From a virus (lineage: Duplodnaviria; Caudoviricetes): a stretch of DNA of 64,000 nt. The notes under the pieces are model-generated. The model had not been told where the DNA came from. It saw only the letters and a list, made by a program, of their open reading frames with translations, and ran no database searches. The first letter of the stretch is position 1; every line of letters begins with the position of its first letter. Of this stretch, positions 25,090 through 35,000 are shown piece by piece. The stretch covers positions 3,415-67,414 of IMG/VR virus record IMGVR_UViG_3300031229_000003. One strand, given 5' to 3'. The translations under genes were made by a program, and so were the position numbers.

Positions 25090-25749
25090 GTGCCGTGGAC
25101 GTTCGTCGAACCGCTCGCCTGGCCGGTCGGGTGGGCGCGAACTCCGGCGGCCGAGCGCCAGCGGTCTCAGTTCAGCTACGGTCGCTCCCGGGCGTCACGT
25201 GCCCACGGAGCCTCGTTGCCCTCCGCGGCGCAGCGTCTGCGAGAAGAGCTCGAGCGCCTCGGCGCCGAGGGCACGATCCGGATCGCGACGAACCTGCGGG
25301 TGCGCCTCGACGGTCAGCTCCACGCGAACCAGACGGAGGTCCAGCCGGACGATCCGGGGATCGCGGTCTACTTCGACCTCGACGGGGAGAGCCAGGTCAT
25401 CCCGTGCGACCGCTGGGACCGGGTCGGCGACAACCTGCACGCGGTCGCGCTCTCGGTCGCCGCACTGCGCGGTCTCGACCGCTGGGGGACGCCGTCGATC
25501 GTCAAGGCCTCGTTCCGGGGCTTCAAGGCCCTGCCGCCGGCATCCGGCCCGACGTCGGTCGACCAGGCGATGCGTGAGATCGAGACGCTCTCCGGAGTGC
25601 CGATCGCGAACGACGAGGACCTCCGGCGTGCCGTGCGCGCCGCGGCGAGCAAGTGGCATCCCGACCGAAGCGGTGGCGACGCCGGGCAGTGGCACCGGCT
25701 CGACGCCGCACGACGGTTCCTGATCGACAACGGTCGGCTCAGCGACTAG
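25090..25749 (+). CDS. phage J-domain (DnaJ C-terminal HPD) protein
   Basis: PLAWPVGWARTP, DPGIAVYF, IPCDRWDRVGDNLHAVAL, KWHPDRSGGD. Confidence 0.8.
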   Translation: MPWTFVEPLAWPVGWARTPAAERQRSQFSYGRSRASRAHGASLPSAAQRLREELERLGAEGTIRIATNLRVRLDGQLHANQTEVQPDDPGIAVYFDLDGESQVIPCDRWDRVGDNLHAVALSVAALRGLDRWGTPSIVKASFRGFKALPPASGPTSVDQAMREIETLSGVPIANDEDLRRAVRAAASKWHPDRSGGDAGQWHRLDAARRFLIDNGRLSD

Positions 25750-25784
25750 CTGTGAGGCGCGGCGCTCCCGCTGCGACCTGAGCT

Positions 25785-26156
25785 ATGCTCATGGCCATGT
25801 TCGTCCAACCTCGTACAAGGCCGGAAGTCTACGGGTGCCTGATCTGCGGCAGGGAGCTACCCCGGACGGAGGGGAAGACCCCCAGGGAGCTCTGCCGTCC
25901 GTTTTGCACGGACGTCAACCGCTACCTGGCGGCGCTTGAGCGCGCGCTCGAGGCGCTGCTCACCGGGTACACCGAGAAGCGCTGCGACCCTCCGCTGCCG
26001 AGCGGGGGGGTCTGGGACCTGTCCGACGAGCACTCGGCGGCCCACGCGAAGCGCCTACGCCAGCGGCTGATGCTCCTCACCCACCAGGTCCCGGTCCAGT
26101 ACCACAACGTCCGGGACGACCACGGCCGCTTCGCCCCGAAGCCGGACGTCGTCTAG
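25785..26156 (+). CDS. zinc-finger hypothetical protein (likely start 25797)
   Basis: CLIC...CRPFC; converges on the endolysin gene. Confidence 0.6.
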   Translation: MLMAMFVQPRTRPEVYGCLICGRELPRTEGKTPRELCRPFCTDVNRYLAALERALEALLTGYTEKRCDPPLPSGGVWDLSDEHSAAHAKRLRQRLMLLTHQVPVQYHNVRDDHGRFAPKPDVV

Positions 26157-26160
26157 CTCC

Positions 26161-26775
26161 TCAGACGGTGGCGAGGACCCGCGCGAGGCTCGAAGCGGCG
26201 ACGGCGGCACGGAGTCGATCGAGCTCCCGGCGGATCTTCTCGTCGTAGCGGTTCTTCTTGTAGCCGCGGCCGTTGTAGATCTTGGCGAACCGCGTCTCGT
26301 CCTCACGCATCAGCGCGAGGTGGAGCTCCTCGTCCCAACGGATGAACGCGACGAAGGCCCGCAGGTGGTCGGCCTCGTCGCCGAGGATCATCGCGTTGAG
26401 GAAGCCCTGGATCGTCTGGAAGCCCGCGAAGCGATGGTTGAAGCCCATGATCTGGAACTTCCCCCACGAGGCGGACTGGACCGCGGCGATCCGATCTAGC
26501 TTCGCCGCCCGCCCGAGCCGATCGTGCTCCCGGCCAGCGCCGAGGTAGCCGCCAGGGTCGGGGTTCGAGATCCCGGGATGCTGGCGGCTGAACCGACCCT
26601 CGGTGAAGCGATGGAACCAGTGCCGCTCGAAGAGGATCCGGCACTGCCCGTCGGAGAGGAAGCCGCCGAACGGTGCCTCCACGCGCGCGACCGCGGCGAT
26701 CATCAGCGGATCGCACTCGAGCATCCAGGCAGCGCCGAGCCAGTCGGCGGTCGACAGCGGGGCTTTCTCTGCCAT
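26161..26775 (-). CDS. endolysin, N-acetylmuramidase (DUF3380 family)
   Basis: AVARVEA, ILFERHWF, SASWGKFQIMGFNH, FAKIYNG..Y..NRYD. Confidence 0.92.
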   Translation of the reverse strand: MAEKAPLSTADWLGAAWMLECDPLMIAAVARVEAPFGGFLSDGQCRILFERHWFHRFTEGRFSRQHPGISNPDPGGYLGAGREHDRLGRAAKLDRIAAVQSASWGKFQIMGFNHRFAGFQTIQGFLNAMILGDEADHLRAFVAFIRWDEELHLALMREDETRFAKIYNGRGYKKNRYDEKIRRELDRLRAAVAASSLARVLATV

Positions 26776-26785
26776 GCGCCCGATC

Positions 26786-27238
26786 CTACCGCGTCGAGCT
26801 TCCTGGTTTCGGCGCGAGGACGGCCGGCATGCGGCCGGAGGCGTTCGGGACGACCAGTGCCCTGACCCCTCGGATCAGGATGCAGACGCCGACGGCCGAG
26901 AGGACGGACCCGGCCGAGTAGCCCAGGTGACCGATCGGCTCGGGGCCGCCGTCGAGGTGGACGAGCCACCGCCAGTCTTCACGGTAGCCGAACAGGATCA
27001 TCGCGTCGAGAAGCGTCAACGCGGCGAGCCCGATCCCGCCCGACGCGATCAGCCACAGACCGCCACGCACCGCCGGGTTGACCCGTCGGCGGATGCGGCC
27101 GAACCACGTCTCGTCGAGGTCCTCCACCCGCCGCCCGGCCGCCTCGCGGAGAAACCACAGCGCGCCGACGACCATCCAGACGAGCGCCGCGGTGCGCAGC
27201 ACCATCGCGACCACGAACACCCACATCGCCACGGTCAT
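26786..27238 (-). CDS. membrane protein of the lysis cassette
   Basis: Three hydrophobic segments; lies between holin and endolysin. Confidence 0.6.
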   Translation of the reverse strand: MTVAMWVFVVAMVLRTAALVWMVVGALWFLREAAGRRVEDLDETWFGRIRRRVNPAVRGGLWLIASGGIGLAALTLLDAMILFGYREDWRWLVHLDGGPEPIGHLGYSAGSVLSAVGVCILIRGVRALVVPNASGRMPAVLAPKPGSSTR

Positions 27239-27705
27239 GACCCTTTCTCCTCCTTCTCGTCTCGCTCCTTGTCGTCGAGCAGGAACTCCGGGGGTTCGGG
27301 CGGCGCCGGCGGTCGCTCACCGCGTTCGATCACGATCCGGCGGTGGAAGACGAAGTGGACGACGGCACGGGCGAACCCCAGCGGATCGGCGGCCACCCGA
27401 GTCCAGAATGCGTCGATGACGACCAGCAGGGCGTCGCCTCCCATGACGATGAACGCGGCGAGCAAGAGCTGCCAGCCGAAGGCCAGGTCCGTCTCGCGGA
27501 CCGCGAGCATGACAAACAGGCCCACGAGGAGCGACTTGAAGAGGACCAGCACCCAGGCCCGCAGGGTCGAGTGCCCGCGCTTCATGGCGAGGAGCGTCCC
27601 TGCGGCGAGCGAGACGACGATCCAGGCGAGGTACTCGCGGATCCAGGCGACGACCTCCTGCAGCATGATGGGTTGGTCCCTCATCGTTTTGGTGCTCGAT
27701 GGCAT
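27235..27705 (-). CDS. putative holin
   Basis: Three transmembrane segments, highly charged C-terminus, upstream of the endolysin. Confidence 0.7.
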   Translation of the reverse strand: MPSSTKTMRDQPIMLQEVVAWIREYLAWIVVSLAAGTLLAMKRGHSTLRAWVLVLFKSLLVGLFVMLAVRETDLAFGWQLLLAAFIVMGGDALLVVIDAFWTRVAADPLGFARAVVHFVFHRRIVIERGERPPAPPEPPEFLLDDKERDEKEEKGS

Positions 27706-27719
27706 GGCATCCTGTCAGG

Positions 27720-29627
27720 TCAGAGACGTTCTCGGACCTCGAGGTCCGAGCGGAAACGCGTCCCGTGGTCGTGGGTCAGCTTGGGGTCCCGCAACGGGCC
27801 CCAGACGAAGGCGATCCTGCGGAAGTCGGGGTCCTCCGGGAAGATCATCAGCAGCACGTCGCCTGTCACCCCCAGGCGACGGAACAGGTAGTCGAACAGG
27901 TCGCCCACGGCGACCTCTTTGACCAGATTCGTCAGGCGCAGCCGGAAGAGCCGATAGGTCGGCTCCTCGTCCTCCCAGAGGACTCCGGACGGCGTTTCCT
28001 CGACGCGCGAAAGGTCGACGGCCTGCACCTCGAAGCCGCCGGCGAGGTTCATCCCCGACAGAGCGGGTCCCTCGGCGAGACGCGAGGCGTCGAGCCAGGT
28101 GACGAGGTTGCCGTCGCGGTCGGTGTAGCTCCACTCGCCGGGCTGCTCCGGCTCGAAGAGGAGCTCGAAGCGGATCCGCCGCGCGGTCAGCGTCACGAGC
28201 TCGCCGCTCGAGGCCGTGTAGGGATGGGCGATCGAGCGCGGCACGGGCTTGCCGACCGTCTCCGGGATGATCTCGCCCCAGAGCGACGTCGCGAGCGGGG
28301 GAAACGCCTCGAGCCATCCGGAGTCGTAGTCCCACGGCACGCGGTCGAGCGCAGCGAGCCAGCCCACGGCGTAGACCTTGACGTTCTGACCGCCGTCGGG
28401 CGTCGTCAAGATCCGGGCTTCGACGTCCGCGGCGGTGGCCGCGCCGAGCTCCGAGGCGCTCCAGCGGATGACGAGGTAGTGAATCTCGTCGTCGGTGAGC
28501 ACCTTCGACTCCGAGAGCGCCGTCGCGCTGCCGTCGATCCAGAGCTCGAGCTCGACCGTCGGGTCGCCGCCGGCCGCGGTCCGCTGGACCGCGGCGACGA
28601 GTGTCTGGGCGTCGGCCGTCGCCGCCAGCCCGACGTTCCCACCGCCGTCGCCCTCGCCGAGGCCGGGGTCGTCGAAGCCGATGCGGAAGTCCATCGCCGA
28701 GCCGAGCGTTTCCGGCTCGACCGCGGAGAGCGTCGTTGCGGCCTCGTCGAACGGGTCCGGTGCGTAGACGAGCCCCGGATCGCCCTCGCCGGTATTCGTG
28801 GCGGCGAGAAACGCTCCCTCGACGTCGGCGGGCCGGATGCGGGTCGCGGGCTCGTAGATCCACTGCACCGCGGCGAGCTTGATGTTCTCCGTCGTGTCGC
28901 CGAAGGCCGGCGCCGTGACGGCGCGGAGCTCGAGATCGGCGCCCGAGGGGTCGGCGAGGTCGGCGACGTCGAACTTGACGTCGAGGATCCAGTGCCCAGC
29001 CTCGCCGGCGGGCCAGCCGCGGGCTCGGCCGGTGATCCCGCTCGGCGAGCCGGCCTGGTAGATCTCGACGTCGAGGTCCGGGTTCGCGACGGTCGTATCC
29101 GTCGGAGCGTAGGAGATCCGCAGCGTGTGGCGGCGGGCGCCGGCGCCGGCACCGCCGTGCGGATCGGGCAGGGCCAGGCGCACGGTCATCGACTGCTCGA
29201 CGTCGGTCGGCGTCACGTAGGCGGCGCCCGGGGCGAGCGGGTCGTCGACGAGGTCGTGCGGTGAGCCCGTCGCGTTCGTCGCCTCGAGGAAGGCGTCGGC
29301 CGCCCCTTCGGCGTGGACCTGCGGCCGCAGGCGGCGCTCCGTCAGTTCCTCGCCGCGGCGGACGCGGTAGTACGAGCCGGCCTCGGGGATCACGATCTTG
29401 CCGAGGAAGATCGCTCGGCTGGGCCGCGCGGCCCCGGCCTCGTAGACGACGTCGAGGACCGTGTGGTGCGGCTTGAGGCTCGGCGAGCGCCAGTGCTCGT
29501 GCATCTTGTTCGTGCGCAGAAGCGAGACTCCGAGGCCGCTCACCTCGCCGCCCGCCGACAGCGTTCCCGCGTCGAGGTCGATCCAGTTCGGCGCGCAGGC
29601 GATGAGGAAGTTGATCCGGTCGGTCAT
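27720..29627 (-). CDS. tail tip/baseplate protein with an internally duplicated beta domain
   Basis: 635 aa, second gene after the tape measure; repeated segments. Confidence 0.7.
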   Translation of the reverse strand: MTDRINFLIACAPNWIDLDAGTLSAGGEVSGLGVSLLRTNKMHEHWRSPSLKPHHTVLDVVYEAGAARPSRAIFLGKIVIPEAGSYYRVRRGEELTERRLRPQVHAEGAADAFLEATNATGSPHDLVDDPLAPGAAYVTPTDVEQSMTVRLALPDPHGGAGAGARRHTLRISYAPTDTTVANPDLDVEIYQAGSPSGITGRARGWPAGEAGHWILDVKFDVADLADPSGADLELRAVTAPAFGDTTENIKLAAVQWIYEPATRIRPADVEGAFLAATNTGEGDPGLVYAPDPFDEAATTLSAVEPETLGSAMDFRIGFDDPGLGEGDGGGNVGLAATADAQTLVAAVQRTAAGGDPTVELELWIDGSATALSESKVLTDDEIHYLVIRWSASELGAATAADVEARILTTPDGGQNVKVYAVGWLAALDRVPWDYDSGWLEAFPPLATSLWGEIIPETVGKPVPRSIAHPYTASSGELVTLTARRIRFELLFEPEQPGEWSYTDRDGNLVTWLDASRLAEGPALSGMNLAGGFEVQAVDLSRVEETPSGVLWEDEEPTYRLFRLRLTNLVKEVAVGDLFDYLFRRLGVTGDVLLMIFPEDPDFRRIAFVWGPLRDPKLTHDHGTRFRSDLEVRERL

Positions 29628-32080
29628 CCCCAGACCTCCAGGAGCGTCGAGTAAAGCGAGGCGGTGCGGCCGACGATTTTGAAGCGCTTGCCGGCCTCGG
29701 TCGAGCCCCAGCCGTCGTGCCTCACGAGGACGCTGGCGCGCCGCGGCGCGACGGTGAGGCCCTGGAGCTTCGTGCGGACGCGGAAGAACTCGCGGTCGAC
29801 GCCGTAGAGGTCGAACTCCTGCTGGGCGACGAGCCGTGCGTGCGGCTTGCGCCGCAGGTACGTCTCGAGCCGATCCTCACCGACCGCGACCTGGTTGAGC
29901 GACTGTGCGGGCGGAACGATCAGGCTCGTGTCGTTCGGGACGAACCGCCAGGGGTTCGTGAGGAAGTCGATCCAGGCGAGCCCGGGACCCGACGAGTCCT
30001 CCTGGACGGCGCCGGCGAGCTCGTCCCACTGGAGCGGTCGGAAGTTCGGTGCGTAGCTCGCCACGCAGCGGGTGACGGCGGGGACCGTCCGCTCGCGCTC
30101 GATCGAGAGGATCGAGCTCTCGTCGAGCTGCAAGTCGAGCTCCGCGGGCGGTGCCGGGTCGGGTGCTTCATCCGCGACGAGCTCGAGGTCGCCGCTCTCG
30201 GGCTCGGCGCCCCAGGAGTGCCCGATCGAGATCGCCAGGCGCGACAGGACGATCGTCGCCTCGACGTGCTCGATCGAGGTCGCGTAGCCGGCCGGCCAGG
30301 GGTGGCTCGCCGCGACTGCGGCGACCGACGCACCGACCCGGCCCTGGTCCCAGCCGCAGAAGTCCACCGCGTAGCGCTCGAGGATCTCGGCGGCGCTGTC
30401 GACGTAGCCGCCGACGTCGTCGCCGCGCACCGCACAGGTGATCGGCAGCGTCGCCGCGGCGCGCAGGGTGAAGGTCGAGGTCGCGAGGTCGAAGGTGTAG
30501 TCGTGCCGATCCGTCGTCGTCGCGACCGTGACCGAGGGGCCCGCGGCCACGGTCGTCACGGCCTCGAGGACGGAGATCCAGCGGCCGGCCACGTCGTCGA
30601 CGCGCACCAGGGTCTTCATGCCGTCGTTGGCGCCGGCGCCGCTCACCGTCACGTTCTGGCCCGGCGCGTACTGGCGGAAGTCGACGGCGCCGGCGGTGAC
30701 GATCCGCTGGCGGGTCGCGTCGAAGCTGATGTCGGTCGCCGTGTCCGACTTGACCGGAGCGAGCTTGCGGCCGCCCTCGAAGACGCCGTCGAGCGCGTGC
30801 GAGCTCCGCGAGTGCCACTGGTAGGTGTAGCGGACGGCGTCGACGAGGACCGCGTCGCGGTGACCGATCTCGCCGAGCGACGTCGGCCGCGGGACGTCGG
30901 CGAGGTCGGCGCCGCCTTCCATCGTCGGCTCCCAGGTCGCGCCGGCGCCGTTGAAGGTGCCGACCTGGTCGGAGACGCTGTCCCAGGTCGTCGCGTCAAC
31001 CGCCTCGTTCGTCTTGGCGTAGAGGACGAGCCCGGTCGTGTCCGTGTCGTCGAGCTCGCGAAGGGCCGCGGCGTAGATCTCCTCGTCGGAGCGCACCGTG
31101 TCGACGAAATAGCGCACGTCCGTGGCCCAGCCGCCGAGCGTCTCCGCGCTGTTCCAGCCGAGCACGAACTGATCGGCGAGCGCCCCGGTGCCGTCGAGGC
31201 TCTTCGGCGTGCCCGAGAACGGGACGCCGCCGGTTTCGATGACGCCGTCGATCGCCACGTCGAGCTTCGTGCCGTCCCAGCGCCCCGAGATCCGGTAGCT
31301 GACCCCGGCGGAAAGGGTCGCCATCGAGGTCCGCGAGACGACGGCGTCGGCCGAGTCGACGAGCGAGAAGATGACGTGCCCGGTTGCGTCGACGCGCAGC
31401 GCGGGGCCGCGGGTGACGTCGCCGTGGCCAGCCACGCGGCGGGTGCCGCCGAGGCTGTCGAGTCGGATGAAGGCCTCCAGGCAGACGGCGGAGGTCGGGT
31501 TCATCGCGGCCGTGTGAGGGAAGCCGACGTAGCTCGAGCTCCGCAGGCCCACGGCGTAACCGAGCCCGCGGTAGATGTCCGTCTGGAGGTTCTTCGCGAA
31601 GATCCGGTCGCGTGAGGTCAGCACCAGCTCGACGAACCGGCCGTCGCGCGACGGCAGAACCTCCTCGCAGAGCCCGTCGAGGACGATCTGGTGCTCGGCG
31701 TAGGCGAGCGAGGGGCTTCCGGCGCGGACGACGGCGTCCTGGCCGGCGGCGAGGAAGTCCGTCGCCAGGCGGTTGAGCCCGCGGTCGACGTTGATGAGCT
31801 CGAGCGAGCCGAAGTCGGCCTGGGCCCGGCCGCGCAGCAGCGTCCCGTCGACACGGCTCCAGCGAACCTCGTAGCCGCCGCGGATGCGAGGGGCGTAGAG
31901 GCGGTGGGCCGGCGTGTCGGTCGGCCGCGTCGTGTAGTCGCGGTTCGACCAGGCGCCGAGCCCGGACGTCGAGACGGGGACGACGGCGCCCGTCGCGGGG
32001 TCGAGAAGCGTGAGCTCGACGAGCGCGAGCTTGGGAGAACTCCGCTCGCTGGAGAGCGTCCGGAAGCCGTCGCTCGTCAT
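29624..32080 (-). CDS. tail protein with LamG/concanavalin-A-like domain
   Basis: Start MTSDGF (ATGA overlap with the TMP stop); VCLEAFIRL...ISGRWDGTKLDVAIDG...DVRYF..VRSDEEI. Confidence 0.8.
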   Translation of the reverse strand: MTSDGFRTLSSERSSPKLALVELTLLDPATGAVVPVSTSGLGAWSNRDYTTRPTDTPAHRLYAPRIRGGYEVRWSRVDGTLLRGRAQADFGSLELINVDRGLNRLATDFLAAGQDAVVRAGSPSLAYAEHQIVLDGLCEEVLPSRDGRFVELVLTSRDRIFAKNLQTDIYRGLGYAVGLRSSSYVGFPHTAAMNPTSAVCLEAFIRLDSLGGTRRVAGHGDVTRGPALRVDATGHVIFSLVDSADAVVSRTSMATLSAGVSYRISGRWDGTKLDVAIDGVIETGGVPFSGTPKSLDGTGALADQFVLGWNSAETLGGWATDVRYFVDTVRSDEEIYAAALRELDDTDTTGLVLYAKTNEAVDATTWDSVSDQVGTFNGAGATWEPTMEGGADLADVPRPTSLGEIGHRDAVLVDAVRYTYQWHSRSSHALDGVFEGGRKLAPVKSDTATDISFDATRQRIVTAGAVDFRQYAPGQNVTVSGAGANDGMKTLVRVDDVAGRWISVLEAVTTVAAGPSVTVATTTDRHDYTFDLATSTFTLRAAATLPITCAVRGDDVGGYVDSAAEILERYAVDFCGWDQGRVGASVAAVAASHPWPAGYATSIEHVEATIVLSRLAISIGHSWGAEPESGDLELVADEAPDPAPPAELDLQLDESSILSIERERTVPAVTRCVASYAPNFRPLQWDELAGAVQEDSSGPGLAWIDFLTNPWRFVPNDTSLIVPPAQSLNQVAVGEDRLETYLRRKPHARLVAQQEFDLYGVDREFFRVRTKLQGLTVAPRRASVLVRHDGWGSTEAGKRFKIVGRTASLYSTLLEVWG

Positions 32081-35000
32081 GGCGAGCTCCGGGTGCCGGC
32101 GACCGTCGTCGACCGACGCGGCGAGCTCTTGTCGGCGAGCAGAACCCCGATGAGCTTGTCGAGCCGCCCGTTGAGGCGCGCGATCTCGTCGGCGAGCCGC
32201 TCCTCGCGCTGCTCCGCGTCGAGCCGGGCCCGCTCGGCGGCCGGCGTCGGCGGCGAGGTGGGCGGCAGGACGACGCGGATCGCGTCCGCACGCGGTAGCG
32301 CCTGCGCCTGGAGCTGCAACGGGCCGAAGCCGCTCGAGAGTCCGATCAGCCGCTTGAGCGATCCGGACTGCTCGCGGGTGAGGACGACCTCGCCCGCGTG
32401 CAAGAGCGCCAGACCGCCGCGCAGGATCTCGCCGCCGATCGCGAGGGAGGCCCGATCGGCGACGAGCTGGGTGTTCGCGACGATCTCGGCCGCCCGGTCC
32501 GCGGTGAGGCCGGTGTTGGTCTCCGTGCCGCTGGCTCGGTCGACGACGAGCCGGGTGTTGCCCTCGATACCCCACAGGGCGGCGAGCATCCAGGGAAGGT
32601 TGTCGAGGTTGAAGCCCTGGTCGATGAGCTGATCGAGCAGCGACGGGACGTTGTCGAGGGGGATCTCGAGCTCGCGGAACGCGGCCATGATCTGCGAGAG
32701 CTGGGTGAGCGGGATGCCGTTCGTGCGGAGCTGGTTCGCGATCGCGGCGATCTGCGGCAGCGCGGCCAGATCGAAGCCGTTGTCGAAGATCGCGTCGAGG
32801 ATCGCCGGCAGCGCGCCGAGCGGCACCTGCTGGCCCTCGAGGACGGTTACGATCTCCTCGAGCTTCGAGAGCGGCACGCCGTGCTCCTGGAGGCTCGCGA
32901 GGATCGCGGCGACGTCGGAGAGTGGTAGGTCGAGGCTGCGCAGAAAGTCGATCGCCGAGTCCTGTGTCGCGATCGTCTCGGTCCAGAAGCCCGAGTGGCG
33001 GACGACCTCGTCGCGGATCTCTGCCAGCAGGTCGTTTCGGTCAGCGTCGAGGTCGATCCCCGTGAGGTCGACGTCGATGCCCTCGTCGATGAGGCGCGAG
33101 AGCTCCCGGTCGATCGTCGAGCGGAGGTTTCGGAACCCGCCGGTCGAGGTCCCGAAGTAGGCGGCGCCGACGTCACGGAGCTGGACGGCCAGGTCGGACA
33201 CCTCCTGGATGCGGGACAGATCTCCACCCCGGACGGCGGCCGCGGCGGCGAGGAACTGGCTGCGCAGGGCGAGGAAGTTCTCCTGCGGCTTGGCCTCCGG
33301 ACCGCGGCGGATCGCCTCGCGAGCCTCGCGAAGCGGCGCCAGAGCCTGGTCGAGGATGCGCTGGCGCGTCTCCGCGAACTCCTCCTCGAGGACGATGAGG
33401 TCCGCCGTCGTCCCGCCGGCGGCGAGAAGCGCCTCGCGGAGCCCGTTGAAGGTCCGCGTCAGGTCGACGACCTCGCGGGTGACCGGGTCGAGCGTCGCGT
33501 CGCGCCAGTCGCGGATCTGCGAGCGGATGGCAGCCCGGGCCTCGGCCAAGGGGTCCGTCGTCGAGCCCCCGCCGCCTCCACCGCCGGTCCCGCCGCCGGC
33601 CATCCGGGGCGCAAACTGCGAGCTCTCGAACGAGGCCCCGAGGATCCAGGAGACGAGATCGTCCAGGCTGAACGACAGCGTGTCGAAGGCCCCCGCCGCG
33701 GCGAGCGCGGCGGCCGAGGAGATCGCCTGCATGCGGGCGAGCTCGAACTCGGCCATCGCGAACTCGTAGACGGCCTCGGTAGGCAGCGACACCCCCAGGG
33801 CCTCGAGGGAGCCGACGAAGTCGATGCCGATCTGGCGGATGGCGATCTGCTCGGCGCTGTCGAGAAGATCGAACTGCGTAGCGAGCCCCTGCGTCGAGTG
33901 GCCCAGGTCGCGGGCCGCCTGCGCGGCGTCGGCGAGGCCGTCGCGCGCCGCGGTGAAGGTCGCCCGGGCGTCCAGGAGACGGCGCTGGTGGGCTCCGATC
34001 CCGAGGGCCGCGTCGGTCCATTCCTGGATCGTCTGGAGAATCGACTGGCGCACGTCGTCGATCGCCAGGGCCTCGGCTTGGCGCAGGAGCGTCAGCTCCT
34101 CTTCGCTCGCACCGAGGATCTCGGCCTGGGCGTAGACCGCGGCGAACTCGAGCGCGATCTCGCGGAGGCTGGCCTGGGTCTCGGTGAGGCCCAGGGCGCG
34201 GTCGATCCACTCCTGGACGCCGGAGACGTCGAGCCCCTCGGTGAAGGTCATGCCGCCGAACGCCTGCTCGATCGTGGCGATCGCCGCGAGGACGGCCGCA
34301 GCCATCTCGTCGAGCCCGTCGACGATCGCCGCCAGCTCCGGCGGCAGGTCCATCTCGGCGAGCGCGGTGAGGACCTCGAGGAAGCCGCGCAGGCCCGCGA
34401 CGTCACCGGCGGCGATCAGGTCCGCGAGCCCGCCGACGAGAAGCGCCTCGAGCTCGCGCCCCAGGGCCTCGGCGACAGGGCCACCGATCCGGGCGAGCTC
34501 GTCGGCGAACGTCGTGCCGTGGACCGCGGCGGCCTCCCGCGCGATCTCGATCGCCTCCTGCCACGCGGCCCGGTACTCGTCGACGAGCTCGAAGGCCTGA
34601 CCGCCCAGCTCACCGCCGAGAGGTGCCCGGTAGCGAACGGCGAACTCCCGCTCGAGGACGGCCAGGTTGTCGCGCCGCGCCTGCGCGAGCTCCTCCTCGG
34701 CGAACCCGAGCCGCCGCGCCTCGTCGATCCAGTCGTGGAAGGCGAGAAGGTCGCGCCGCAGCGCCAGCGCGCCGTCGGCGACGCCGGCGGCCGCCAGCCG
34801 GAGCTCGTCGAGCTCGCGTCGGATCCGCTCGCGCTCCTCGGCCCGCTGCGCACCGCGGCCGGCGCCGAGGAGCCGTAGCGTCGAAAGGTCGATGTCCGGC
34901 AGTCCCTCGAGCGAGGAGATCAGGTTGCGCAGCGCGTCGATCTGGACGTCGAGGATCGTGCCCCCGGCCTCGACCACCGTGGCGAGCCCGATCATCGCCT

